This document shows positions 42,670-52,590 of a DNA stretch of 64,000 bases, piece by piece (within the stretch, counting starts at the first letter, position 1; every line of letters begins with the position of its first letter). The notes under the pieces were generated by a model that worked only from the letters and a program-made list of their open reading frames with translations, did not search any database and had not been told where the DNA came from. The stretch comes from Candidatus Alloenteromonas pullistercoris (GTDB lineage: Bacteria; Bacillota_I; Bacilli_A; RFN20; CAG-826): positions 3,150-67,149 of the forward strand of contig JADINA010000012.1 of NCBI GenBank assembly GCA_017694295.1, read 5' to 3'. The translations under genes were made by a program, and so were the position numbers.

Positions 42670-45300
42670 TCAGGCGATGGGGGCGAAGGCGGCGAAGGAG
42701 TATTCGAGGGGCTGGCTTTCCTCATCGGTGAGGATGTAGCCGAAGACGAAGGTGCCCTCAGTTCCCTCATCCTGCCCATTCCAAGAGGCATCATCGGCTT
42801 GCAGGATTAGGCCCAGGAAGCCGTCCTCGGTTTCGGCGATGACGACTTGGGCGACGTTGCCGCCTTCGACGGTGTCATAGGAATAGGCGCCGGTCTCGGG
42901 GTCGATGTTGAAGATCCAGCGATAGGTGACCCCGTTATAGGTCACCGAGGAATAGGTGGCTTCGGTGCCATCGTATTCCTTAACGGAAAGGAGAACGGTT
43001 TCATCGACTTCCGTGGCCTCGCCGACGCCGCTGGTGACGAGGTTCCAATCCCCGATGGGCGAGAAGTCGCTATGGGGCTGCAAGGTGACGGTGAACTCAG
43101 TCGGGTCAAAGCCATCCATGTACTTGTCGGAATTGATGGTGACGGTGATGTCGACGGTTTCCTGGTTATCCGCGTTGCGGGCATCGTAATAGAGGTAGAA
43201 ATGCCCATCGCTCCCCTGATAGGAGGAGACGCTAAGCAAATCGGGGTTGGAGGAAACGGGGTTGAAGGGGACGTCGACGTCATAAGGCGAGCCGTAAACC
43301 CGGAAGGTCCTGGTTTGCCCGGCGGCCATGGTGAAGGAGGTGGAGGAGGTGAGCAGATCCTGCGAGGCGGAGAATACGCCGTCTTTCCCGGTCATGTAGA
43401 AGCTGCGGACCTCGATGTTGTCGACGACCTCGACCTCGATTTCAGTGGTCGGGACGCTGGAAACGGCGGGATTGCCGATGGTGAGGGTGGCCTTGCCTGC
43501 CTGTTTGGGCATGAAGGTATAGGGCTCGCTGGAATTGCGCGGCCCGATGACGGACGGATCGCTTGAGGCGATGATGGTCCAGTTCTCAAGGTCAAGGGCG
43601 CCCGCCTTATCCGAGACAAGGGTCAAATGCTCGTTGACCGAGGAATCGGTCCCCTCGCCCCGCTTCTGGATGGCGTTGACGTCGGCATATTCCTCGCCAA
43701 GGTCCTCGTCGCGGACGGTGGCCGACATAGCGGAGGTGAAGTAGGCGGAATCGTCGGCTTCGTTATCGGTGGTCGACGCCCCATAGGTATAGGCCACCTC
43801 GAGGTTGGAGAGGATCTCGTAATCCTCGGGGTCGAGGAGGACGTGGTTTTGGAAATCGTAGGCGTACTCGTCGTAGCGCTTGGCCTGGTAGGTGAGGCTT
43901 AATAGCCTGCCCGTTGCGTCGAAGGAGAAATCGGCGTCATAGGTGTAATAGGAGGTTTCCCGATCCTCCTCGTCGATCATTGTTTCGTTGGAGGTGTCGA
44001 TCTCGCGGAAGGAATCGAGGTCGACGTCAAAGCCGGAGGCAGTGGCGGTCGAGACGATGTTCCTCTCGAATAGGCCGAGCCCTTCGGTCCCGATGTCGGC
44101 GGAGGTGTCATAGCCGACGTAATAGGCATACATGAAATCGAAGCGGAGGTCCTCGTAATCGTGGGAATAGGCATGGGCCTCGTAATCGGCCATGGCCTTG
44201 GAGCGGCTATACCGGCTTAGCCCGACCCCGATGTCATCCTCGGTCTCGACGATGCCGTATTTGGCCGCATAAGCCGAGTAATTGCCGTCTTGGCCATGAT
44301 AGGCGCCGCCGTCGATGTAGGAATTGACGACCGAGTAGACGTCGCCGTCTATCTTCTTGCTAACTAGGCCAAGGCCACGATCCTCATTCGAGGCCTTGAC
44401 GGCCGTCGCATATGACCCATTGCGGTGGTTTTGGTAGGAATAATGGACGTCGGTGACGTAGTTCTTGTAATCGAGGGTCAAGACGTCGTCGGGGTTCATG
44501 GTCGATTCCGAGCGGGCTTGGCCGTCGAAAAGCAAATGCAACGTCTCCGGGGAGTTCGGGTAGCTGTCCTGATGGACCTTCTTGACGTAGCAGCGGCCCA
44601 AAGCCGGGTCGGCGTTGTCGTCGTAATAGAAGTCATAGGTCGCCCCGCCGGCGATGCTAAGCTCGCCATCGCTTCCGCCGGAGTGAATCGAGGCGAAACA
44701 TTTGGTGTAATCGAGGTCGAGCATGGTGAGCTCGGTGTCTTGGACGAAAAAGGAGAATTCGGCTTCGGCGGGGACTTTGACGTTGCGGGCGACGTAAATG
44801 CCTGAGCCCGCCGTCTCCTCAGTCAAAACCGCGGTGATCCCGCCTTGGATGGTGACGGCCCCCTCGACTTTGAGGGTCAAGGTGACCTCGACGGAACGAT
44901 CAGGCATCTGGAATGTTGCGACATAGCCGTCCCCAGACTGCTCGACGGAAATAGGCGATCCATTGATGGAAAGAGAACGGATGGAGAAGCCATCCTCGAC
45001 GGTGACGGTGACGGTCACGGTCTCCCCTTCCTTGGCCTCGGATTTGTCGATGGTGACGGTCGCGCCGCTTGGGATGTTGCCGACCCGGATGACATAGGTC
45101 TCGTCCTCATCGACCACAGGCGGGGTCGTGTTGGACTCGCTTTCGCCCGATTCGTCGCTTGAATCGCCGCTGGAATCGGTGATCTCGGAGGAGTTGTCCC
45201 CATCGCTACCGCCGGGGAGGGAGGAAGTCGTGGAGCTAGGATCTGAGCACCCGGCGAGGGCAAGGGCGCTAAGCAAGAGGAGGAGGTTTTGCTTTTTCAT
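42670..45300 (-). CDS. Large surface lipoprotein (876 aa), paralogue of 52591-55257
   Basis: Lipobox MKKQNLLLLLSALALAGC plus a Ser/Asp/Gly/Glu linker. Beta-sandwich-like repeats end in ...F.MP...V.V. Blocks shared with the 888-aa protein: KSEAKEGETVTVTV/KTEAKEGETVTITI, GATYDFYYDDN...CYVKKV/GCTYDFYYDPS...CYVKRV, and LFDGQARSEST/LFDGSVRSEST. Confidence 0.8.
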   Translation of the reverse strand: MKKQNLLLLLSALALAGCSDPSSTTSSLPGGSDGDNSSEITDSSGDSSDESGESESNTTPPVVDEDETYVIRVGNIPSGATVTIDKSEAKEGETVTVTVTVEDGFSIRSLSINGSPISVEQSGDGYVATFQMPDRSVEVTLTLKVEGAVTIQGGITAVLTEETAGSGIYVARNVKVPAEAEFSFFVQDTELTMLDLDYTKCFASIHSGGSDGELSIAGGATYDFYYDDNADPALGRCYVKKVHQDSYPNSPETLHLLFDGQARSESTMNPDDVLTLDYKNYVTDVHYSYQNHRNGSYATAVKASNEDRGLGLVSKKIDGDVYSVVNSYIDGGAYHGQDGNYSAYAAKYGIVETEDDIGVGLSRYSRSKAMADYEAHAYSHDYEDLRFDFMYAYYVGYDTSADIGTEGLGLFERNIVSTATASGFDVDLDSFREIDTSNETMIDEEDRETSYYTYDADFSFDATGRLLSLTYQAKRYDEYAYDFQNHVLLDPEDYEILSNLEVAYTYGASTTDNEADDSAYFTSAMSATVRDEDLGEEYADVNAIQKRGEGTDSSVNEHLTLVSDKAGALDLENWTIIASSDPSVIGPRNSSEPYTFMPKQAGKATLTIGNPAVSSVPTTEIEVEVVDNIEVRSFYMTGKDGVFSASQDLLTSSTSFTMAAGQTRTFRVYGSPYDVDVPFNPVSSNPDLLSVSSYQGSDGHFYLYYDARNADNQETVDITVTINSDKYMDGFDPTEFTVTLQPHSDFSPIGDWNLVTSGVGEATEVDETVLLSVKEYDGTEATYSSVTYNGVTYRWIFNIDPETGAYSYDTVEGGNVAQVVIAETEDGFLGLILQADDASWNGQDEGTEGTFVFGYILTDEESQPLEYSFAAFAPIA

Positions 45301-45315
45301 TGTTTTTTTCCTTTC

Positions 45316-46131
45316 TTATTCGACCATGACGGGCACGAAGTAATCGAGCACGCCGCCGCTAGCCATCGGGTGGCAGGCATAGCCGGTCCTGGTGATGTTG
45401 ATATCGACGACGGTGAATTGGGCCGCCGATTGGTTTTGCCATTGGTCGATGACAAGGTGGAACTCGTCGCCGACGATCGCGTCGAAATGGTAGGTGAAGT
45501 TGATGGTCGGGTCGATGATGATCCCCTGGTCGTGGCCGGAGACGAAGCCGCTGGAGTCGCTAAGGAAGTAAAATTCGAGCCCTGGGACCATGACCGATTC
45601 GTAATGGTCGACCTCATTGACGATGAAGTCGGCGAGCTCGGCGAAATCCTCAAGGGCGTTATGGAAGGTGAGCCGTTGACGGAAATAGAGGAAGCCGTCG
45701 GCGTCGTAGATGCGCAATATCGTCTCCCCGGCGTGGGTCCCGGTGAAGGTGACGTTGCCGCCGTCGATGCTGGCTTCGCAAACGCCGTTATCGGTCGTCT
45801 CGATCCTCGCCCCCTCCTCGGAGATGGCGGAGCCGAAGTCGATGGTCCCGCGATATGATTCCCCGACGGTGAAGACGAAATCGATGCAGGCTTCGATCAA
45901 GGAGCCGGTTACCGAGGCTTCCGACACCTCGTCGGAGGGATCCCAGGCCCCATCAGGGAGGGCGATGAACTCCTCGTCGATGAGGGAGGACTCGCTGCTG
46001 GAGGAATCCTCGACCTGAGTTAACGACGATTCATCGGAAAGCGAGGGGGAGGAAGAGGATGAGGCGCCGTCGCAGCCAAATAGCAACAGCGAGGCGGCGA
46101 GGGCGAATAAGGGCAAAGCGCGTTTTTCCAT
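45316..46131 (-). CDS. Lipoprotein (271 aa), hypothetical
   Basis: Lipobox MEKRALPLFALAASLLLFGC and a Ser-rich linker. Begins 22 nt after the upstream gene and ends 15 nt before the next gene. Confidence 0.7.
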   Translation of the reverse strand: MEKRALPLFALAASLLLFGCDGASSSSSPSLSDESSLTQVEDSSSSESSLIDEEFIALPDGAWDPSDEVSEASVTGSLIEACIDFVFTVGESYRGTIDFGSAISEEGARIETTDNGVCEASIDGGNVTFTGTHAGETILRIYDADGFLYFRQRLTFHNALEDFAELADFIVNEVDHYESVMVPGLEFYFLSDSSGFVSGHDQGIIIDPTINFTYHFDAIVGDEFHLVIDQWQNQSAAQFTVVDINITRTGYACHPMASGGVLDYFVPVMVE

Positions 46132-46153
46132 TGTTGTCAGTTCCTTTCTTTTC

Positions 46154-47656
46154 TTAGGCTTGGTCGGTTATGTAGGTTTGCAGCCATTTGTCCAATGAGG
46201 GGATGGAGGCATGGCCGAAATCCTCATAGGTCAATTGGCAGGTGAGCAATCCGCCGTTTAGAAGCGTCCCCAAAAGGAAATCGACGCGGTTTAGGTTGCC
46301 CGCCTCATCCAAATCGACGACGATGGTCAGATCAAGAAGCATGAGCTGATAGATCGTGGTCGAGGAGGAGATGACGTATTCAAGCTGGGTGTTGTAGAAG
46401 AAATCGAGGAGGATATTCGGGTTCAACGTTATATAGGACTCCCCCTCAAGATCATAGTTGCTGGGCAGCTCGGTGCTTTCGAAGAACTGGAAGCTATGCT
46501 CCCACATGGTCTGCAGCGAGGGGTAACCCATGATCTCGGGCATATTCGAGATCGAGGTGGTGAAGGCCGGGGCCGTCAGGATGACCGAGGCGTTATCGAG
46601 CATCGAGTCGAGGTAGAAGATGTAAGCCCCGTTAAGCTCTGCTTGCTGGGTGCCGTCATCGTAGAGCTTGTTGGGAAGGGAGACGAAGCCCCGGGAAAGC
46701 AATTCCTGTCCCGAATTGGCGTAGAAGGCCCCATACCAATAATCGGGATGGTAGATCTCCTGCCCGATGAGGGTGTGGTCGGCGTCGTTTTCGTAATTGA
46801 CCTCCTCATACGTCCTTTTGGTGAAGTTATTGCCCAAAAAGCCTTTGGCGGCCTTCTTTAGCGTCTCCGGGTAGCTTGCCGCCCCATCGATACTGGCAAG
46901 GTATTGGGCGACGCTGACGTTTTGGCTGGTGCCGATGGAGGAGACAAGGGAAGTGGCGCTTGAGCCATCGGTGAACTCCATGGCAAGCTGCAAACGCCGA
47001 TTGCCGTTATTGAGGGTGACGATCGAAGCGACATAGGAGGAAATGTTGACGATCTCCGTCTCGTCCATCTCGAGGAAGCGCAAATAGCTAAGCCGATCGT
47101 TTTTCCTGGTGATCTCCAGGCTCGTCTCGCTTGAGGCGTTGGCGACCGAAGCCTCGCTTAGTAGAGGCGAGGAGAAAAGATCGGCGTCCCAAATGGAGGT
47201 TAGTTTTGCGCCGCTTTCATCCAAATACGCATCGGAATGGACGAAATGCTTATCCTCGGAGGCGTCGTCGGTGGAATCGTAAAGGTCGATTTTGAACACC
47301 TCGCCGTTTTTCTCCGCAAAACCGGTTTCCGCGTCTGGATAATCGCAGAAAGTGTAATGCTCGGTGAAGACATTCGCGTACTCGGTCGTCTCCAAGGTCG
47401 GATCGACCCCGGGGACGTTGGATTCGACATAGTATTCCTCGGTGGTGGTGATGGTGAAGTTATGGAGCCCAGCCATCCCCTCAACAGCCGATTTAACCGA
47501 GGTATAATCGATGTCAACTGGGGTAAGCGGCTCCTCGCTTGAGGCCTCGCCTGTGCCGGAGGAGGATTGACTTCCCCCACCCGAATCGCAGGAAGCAAGG
47601 CCAAGGCAAAGCAAGCAGGAAAGGCAAAGCAATGTCTTGATTTTCTTCTTCTGCAT
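46154..47656 (-). CDS. Lipoprotein (500 aa), hypothetical
   Basis: Lipobox MQKKKIKTLLCLSCLLCLGLASC, a Ser/Gly linker, and GGAGA upstream of ATG 47656. Confidence 0.7.
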   Translation of the reverse strand: MQKKKIKTLLCLSCLLCLGLASCDSGGGSQSSSGTGEASSEEPLTPVDIDYTSVKSAVEGMAGLHNFTITTTEEYYVESNVPGVDPTLETTEYANVFTEHYTFCDYPDAETGFAEKNGEVFKIDLYDSTDDASEDKHFVHSDAYLDESGAKLTSIWDADLFSSPLLSEASVANASSETSLEITRKNDRLSYLRFLEMDETEIVNISSYVASIVTLNNGNRRLQLAMEFTDGSSATSLVSSIGTSQNVSVAQYLASIDGAASYPETLKKAAKGFLGNNFTKRTYEEVNYENDADHTLIGQEIYHPDYWYGAFYANSGQELLSRGFVSLPNKLYDDGTQQAELNGAYIFYLDSMLDNASVILTAPAFTTSISNMPEIMGYPSLQTMWEHSFQFFESTELPSNYDLEGESYITLNPNILLDFFYNTQLEYVISSSTTIYQLMLLDLTIVVDLDEAGNLNRVDFLLGTLLNGGLLTCQLTYEDFGHASIPSLDKWLQTYITDQA

Positions 47657-47751
47657 AGATCTCCAATCTTTCGGACATTGTCCGAACTAGTTGGCATTTA
47701 TAAGAAACGCCCGCATTAAGTTAAACGCCCAACGAAAATTTTCAAGGCCTT

Positions 47752-47791
47752 TCTTAAGAAAAGCCCCCGCGATTTTCATTCGCGGAGGCTT
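47752..47791 (-). terminator. Rho-independent terminator after the 804-aa lipoprotein gene
   Basis: Minus strand AAGCCTCCGCGA-atgaaaa-TCGCGGGGGCTT followed by TTCTTAAG. Confidence 0.8.
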
Positions 47792-47803
47792 GACTGCCGT
47801 CTT

Positions 47804-50218
47804 TTATTCCCTGGTTAGGACGGTTCCGGCTGTTGCGTAAATCCAACTGATGTCTTCGTTGACCGTGAGGCTTCCGTCGGTTCCGGGAGTCAAGGTCAAG
47901 GTGATCGGATTGCCGCTGTTGTCGTAGGTGTTGAGGGTGATGACACCGGTGTCGGCATTGATCGTATACGTCTGCTCGGCAGCCTCATCCCACGAGGAAT
48001 TGGGGATCATCTGGGTATAGCCCCAGTGGACGGTCAATTCGGCGTGGGTGGCGTCGACGAAGGCGATGGCCATCGAGTAGGTACTCCCGTCGGAATCGGT
48101 GAATTCCCCGGAGAAGGTATAGCCGATGTAGTCGTTTTCGGCCTCGGTCTCGGAGACGACCGTGTAAACCGCATCGCCTAAGGTGACGACGATGGTCGTC
48201 CCGCCTTGGATGAGGGTGAGGTTGCCGTCTTCGCCTAGGCTATAGGAGTAAACCTGCTCGCCGATGGTGGCGGTTCCGGTGCCGTCGAGGACGAGATCAC
48301 CCTTTTCGCCGGCATAGGTGCCCTGCAGCCCATCGAGGACGAAGCGGTTGCCCTGCCCGCCGGTCCCGCTGTAACCGACTTCGCAAAGGACTTCGTCGGT
48401 CGCGTTGTCGATGACTTTATAGGCCGCGGTGGCGTCGGTTACCTTCGCCCCGCTGGTGAACTCGAAGGTGACGTCGAGGCAATAGTTAGGGTCGAGATAG
48501 TTGCCGGAGTAATCGGCGAATCCGGCGGCATAGGGCTCGCCATCGCGATAGTACTGGATGGCGATGTAGTGGTTGTCGCCGAAGATCTCGTAGTCGACGG
48601 TGTAAAGGCTATTTTCATCGTCGGCGTTAAGCTTCTTCACCGCCCAGATGTTGTCGTTGGAGGTGAGGTTGTTGAAACTATATTGGCTGAAGATGATCTT
48701 GTCGCTGTAGGCAAACACCTTGGTCGGCTCAGTATCGTTGCCCTCGATGAGGTTGGCGACGCCGGGGCCTTCCGCGTTGGTGGCCGAATCGATGGTGTAG
48801 GTCGTTCCGCTCTTGACGAAGATGCCGGAAGCATCGATGTCGAAGGAGTAGTTGGATGTGCCGACCGAGACGTCGGTTCCGGTCTTTCCGTTATAGAGGT
48901 TGTCGCCGATCCAGGAGCCGACGAACGGATAGCCGGCATAGAGGGTGAGGTTCTTCTCGGTGACTGTGATGGTGACGGTTTCGTCGGTGACGGGCATGGG
49001 GAAGGTGTAATAGCCATTCTCGTCGACCCCGTCCTCGAGCAGGTCGATCTCCTCGTCGTAATAGGCGCTATAGGGATAGGTGGCCAAGAGGGTATTGATG
49101 CCAATGTCCTCGGTGATGCCGTCGACTTTGACGTAAACGGTCTCGTTGGCGACGGCCTTGCCATCTGCCTCCTCAAGCGTCCCATCCTCGCCCATCGTGT
49201 AGGCGGTGACGGTAAGGTGCTCGGAATTGACGATTTCCAAGGTCCGATAGTACGCGTCGGCGACCGGGACGATGGTGATGTCACGGGCCGGCATGATGAA
49301 GGTAACGCTGTTTTCTCCATCTTCAAGCATGACGACCTGGCCGGTTTCGACGACCCGGATGCCGGTCGCTATCTCGGTGAGGGAGTTACGGAGCACAACC
49401 CTGACCGTCGCCCCGTATTCGGCGATGTTGTTGCGGCAGGAGGTTTCATACGTCTCCCCAACCGGGGTCGAATAGACGTTGGTGATGAGGTCGGAGTCGA
49501 AATCGAGGGCGAAGCTCGAGCGGGTGGCGGTCACGGTGATCCGGACGTCGCCGTTGGGCATAACGAAGGTGAAATAGGTTTTGCCCTCGATCTCGACGGT
49601 CTCATGCTCAACGACTTCCGAGACAAAGCCAAATCGCTCGACCGTCAGCCCGGTGTAATTGAACCCAGGCTTCATCATGAGGGCGAAGGTAACCGTCGAT
49701 CCGACGGCCGCCTCCTCGCCAACGCCGACCAAATCGGCGATTTCCGAGGTCGTGTTGGTGACCGAACGCATCGCCACCTGCTCAATCGGGGCGGACTCGA
49801 TGGCGATATTGACGTCTTCGGCCGGCATCTGGAAGTAATAGACGCCGCTTTCGTCGCGTCCGCAGACGACGTCGTTGGCTTTGACCGAGAGGATGGTCAA
49901 GGCCTCTTCGTCGTAGGCGAGGGTGATGTGCACCACTTCACCTTCCTCGGCGGTTTGGTTGACGGTTGCGGTCACGCCTTCCTCGGCTGCGACGGTTATG
50001 TCGTAGACGATGGGGGCGGGATCGGTGGATTCCTCAGACGATGAGGATTCCTCGGACGAGGAGGTCTGCTCAGAGGAGGATTCCTCGGATGAGGTAGAGA
50101 GCTCGCTCCCGGTTCCGGTATCCGGCATCGAGGAGGACGAGGTTTGATCGTTGCAGCCAACGAGGGCGGTCCCGGAAAGGAGGAGAAGGCTTAGTAGCAG
50201 GTTCTTGTTGCTTTTCAT
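47804..50218 (-). CDS. Large surface lipoprotein (804 aa) with tandem ~70-aa beta-sandwich repeats; paralogue of 50238-52315
   Basis: True start at ATG 50218: MKSNKNLLLSLLLLSGTALVGC, then a Ser/Glu-rich linker. The 85 codons upstream in the track ORF overlap the preceding gene and are Pro/Ser/Arg shadow sequence. Repeats are of the form ..G.TV....(x)..Y.F.MP..DV.I (YYFQMPAEDVNIAIE, FTFVMPNGDVRITVT, VTFIMPARDITIVPV, YTFPMPVTDETVTITV). Confidence 0.8.
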   Translation of the reverse strand: MKSNKNLLLSLLLLSGTALVGCNDQTSSSSMPDTGTGSELSTSSEESSSEQTSSSEESSSSEESTDPAPIVYDITVAAEEGVTATVNQTAEEGEVVHITLAYDEEALTILSVKANDVVCGRDESGVYYFQMPAEDVNIAIESAPIEQVAMRSVTNTTSEIADLVGVGEEAAVGSTVTFALMMKPGFNYTGLTVERFGFVSEVVEHETVEIEGKTYFTFVMPNGDVRITVTATRSSFALDFDSDLITNVYSTPVGETYETSCRNNIAEYGATVRVVLRNSLTEIATGIRVVETGQVVMLEDGENSVTFIMPARDITIVPVADAYYRTLEIVNSEHLTVTAYTMGEDGTLEEADGKAVANETVYVKVDGITEDIGINTLLATYPYSAYYDEEIDLLEDGVDENGYYTFPMPVTDETVTITVTEKNLTLYAGYPFVGSWIGDNLYNGKTGTDVSVGTSNYSFDIDASGIFVKSGTTYTIDSATNAEGPGVANLIEGNDTEPTKVFAYSDKIIFSQYSFNNLTSNDNIWAVKKLNADDENSLYTVDYEIFGDNHYIAIQYYRDGEPYAAGFADYSGNYLDPNYCLDVTFEFTSGAKVTDATAAYKVIDNATDEVLCEVGYSGTGGQGNRFVLDGLQGTYAGEKGDLVLDGTGTATIGEQVYSYSLGEDGNLTLIQGGTTIVVTLGDAVYTVVSETEAENDYIGYTFSGEFTDSDGSTYSMAIAFVDATHAELTVHWGYTQMIPNSSWDEAAEQTYTINADTGVITLNTYDNSGNPITLTLTPGTDGSLTVNEDISWIYATAGTVLTRE

Positions 50219-50237
50219 CGTTTTGTTTCCTTTCCCT

Positions 50238-52315
50238 TTAAGCGGCCGGTGTATAGACAGTGCCGGCGATCGTCCCGACGGGGGCCCCATCGACGTTGAG
50301 GGTGACCGAGGTCGCGTCTTCAAGTCCGGTGCCTCCCTCGTAGGTATAGCTGACGCCTTCGAGGTAGCAAACGTGATTGATGCCGTCGATGGCGAAGCTC
50401 GCGACGACGGTTTCGACGCCGTCGACGGTTGAGGCGATCTCGAAGAAGGCCACTTTCCCATCGACCCCGTCAACCTTGCCGATTAGGACCCGGCCGGTCA
50501 GGTTGGTTCCCAATTCGGTTTTGGCGTAAACCATGTAATCGTGGGTATATAACCCGCCGGAATAGCCAATGACGTAGAACCCTTCGCCATAGGCGCCCTG
50601 GTGCCCGCCGGTCAAGTCAAGGATGCCGCAGGTGCCTTCCTCGTTAAGCGGGGTGACTTTGATGATCGAGCCGGAGGTGCTGGCGGACACGGCCCCATCC
50701 GCGCCGATTGAAGCCACTCTATCGAGGGTATCTTCGTGGAACCCGCCGGAATACTTATAGACGTTCCCGCCGACATAATCGCCGACGAATTCATAGCCTT
50801 CGTAGGCGGTTGGGTCATACATCGACACGTCGATCGTGTAATTTGTGCCTTCCTCCATCTCGAAGACGAAGTAGCCGTCGCCGACCCATTCGGTGCCGAT
50901 GGTGGCCGGCTGTCCGTCGGCATCGACATAGCTGACGATGAGGGACAAAACCTCATCCTCGGTTTCAATGCCGTCGACGTGGACATAGACTTCCTCGCCG
51001 GCGTAAGCGGTCGAGGTCGCGACGTAGGCCTCATCGACGTTGTAGTAAGTGGTAAGCGTGTCGTCTAGAAGGGTTAGGTTTTGCTTCTCGACCTCGGTGT
51101 AGGTGATCTTGAAGTCCGCCCCATCCTGCATATTGAAGTAATACAGTCCAACCTCATCGTCATACATGACGGTAAGGGACATGGCGTATTCGGGGTTCCA
51201 GGTCGGTGCGTATTCGACGCGGAATTGGTAAGGCACGTGGTTGTCGTCATCGGATTCCCAATCGAGGTAAATCGTGGTGTTGGAACCGCGGCCATCTGCC
51301 CTTGCTCGTCGACGGCCGGGGTCAATAGGCCGGTTTCCGAATCGTAAGTCGAAGGGGTGACGGTGACGTGTTCGCCCTGGGTCACGGCAAGCGGGATGTA
51401 ATTCGGGGTTGTAATGGCCTCGATGGTGATGTCTTTTGCCGGCATCGTGAAGGTGCACACAAGCGTCCCGTCCTGCTCGACGGGGGTTATCTCCTCGCCG
51501 GTCTCGACGATGCGAAGTCCGGTGGCCAGGGCCTGGGCGGTGTCTTCGAGGTGGACCTCGATGGTGGCCCCGGCATAGGCGTGCTCCCTTGAGCTCACCT
51601 CGGTCCGCTCCTCGCCGATCACCTCATAGACGTAATCGATGTTGGAGCCTTGGGTCTTCAAGGCGAACATCTTGGTCTCGGTATGGGCGTAGACCCCGAC
51701 GTCGGCGGTTAAGCCCTCGGGGGCGGTGAAGGTGTAGGCATTGCCCCCTTGGTAGGTGTAGGAAATCGGGGTTTCGATGGCCGTCCCCTCATCGTTAAGC
51801 GCCCCAATCTCGACGTCGGTGATGGTATAGGCGGTGTCGACTGGCAAGCCGATGGACAACGTGACCTCGTCCCCGGCGTCGAATCCGAGTTCGTCATAGC
51901 CATAGAGCTCGACGTTCGGATTGAGGTTGACGAGGTGGTATTCGCCCTCGATTATGGCGTCGACCGTCAAGGTGACCGCCTCATCCGGCATCTCGAAGTA
52001 ATAGGACTCTTCGTCGACCTTGGCGGCGGTCCCGCCGTTGACAAGCAGGTCGTTGATGGTGATGAGATCGTGGTCGTAGGTCAATTCGACGTCGACGATC
52101 TCGCCCGGAAGGGCTTGGTTGGCGACATCGACGGCGATGCGCGAATCGATGTCGGCGGTGATGCCAAGGGCATTAGCGGCATCTCCGTTGGCGTGCCCGG
52201 GGGCTAAAGTCCGGCCTCCGGCAAGCGTAGGTGAGAGTCCCGCGATCGCCCCGATAGAGCCGGCTAACCCGATGAGTCCGGCGGCGATGACGAGATTCTT
52301 CGTTTTCTTCGTCAT
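50238..52315 (-). pseudogene. Frameshifted paralogue of the 804-aa lipoprotein (a pseudogene, or a sequencing error at a short G/C run)
   Basis: Two overlapping track ORFs in different frames (51074-52315 and 50238-51458) read as one protein if one G is added to the GGG run at 51299-51301 (minus strand): ...VDEQG|ADGRGSNTTIYLDWES... That junction aligns with EEADGKAVANETVYVKVDG in the neighbour. ATGLRIVETGEE...FTMPAKDITIEAI parallels ATGIRVVETGQV...FIMPARDITIVPV. Confidence 0.7.
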
Positions 52316-52347
52316 TTTTTTCTCCTTTCCGCTTGAAAGATGCCGCC

Positions 52348-52375
52348 ATTATAGAAGCGGGCAAGTTTTAGGCAA
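52348..52375 (-). promoter_or_regulatory. Candidate sigma-70 promoter for the 52315 gene
   Basis: Minus strand TTGCCT-16 nt-TATAAT (perfect -10), about 32 nt upstream of ATG 52315, followed by GGAGAAAAAA-ATG. Confidence 0.5.
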
Positions 52376-52590
52376 GAAGTTTTTTCGCTAGTCAATTGAC
52401 GGGTACTTCTTATATATATAAAGGGCAAAAAATCCGCTTGGAAGCGAGATAAAAATTTACATTTCCCCAAAAGCCGGCTTTGGGTTGACAAGCGTTTTCC
52501 CGTTATGGAGAAAGTCGGGGGGACGCAAATTCGCCGTTGACAAAAAAACTCGGAAACCCAAGATATAGCAGTCAAAAAAGGAGACATGTA

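Noticed and set aside
50219-50473. 85-codon N-terminal extension of the 804-aa lipoprotein ORF.
   Set aside because: It overlaps the 3' end of the upstream gene and is Pro/Ser/Arg-rich. A canonical signal peptide and lipobox begin at ATG 50218.
52507-52520. GGAGAAAGTCGGGG, which resembles the RNase P RNA P4 box GAGGAAAGUCCGGGC.
   Set aside because: It is an isolated partial match in a 275-nt intergenic region. That region is too short for RNase P RNA and lacks the other conserved elements.
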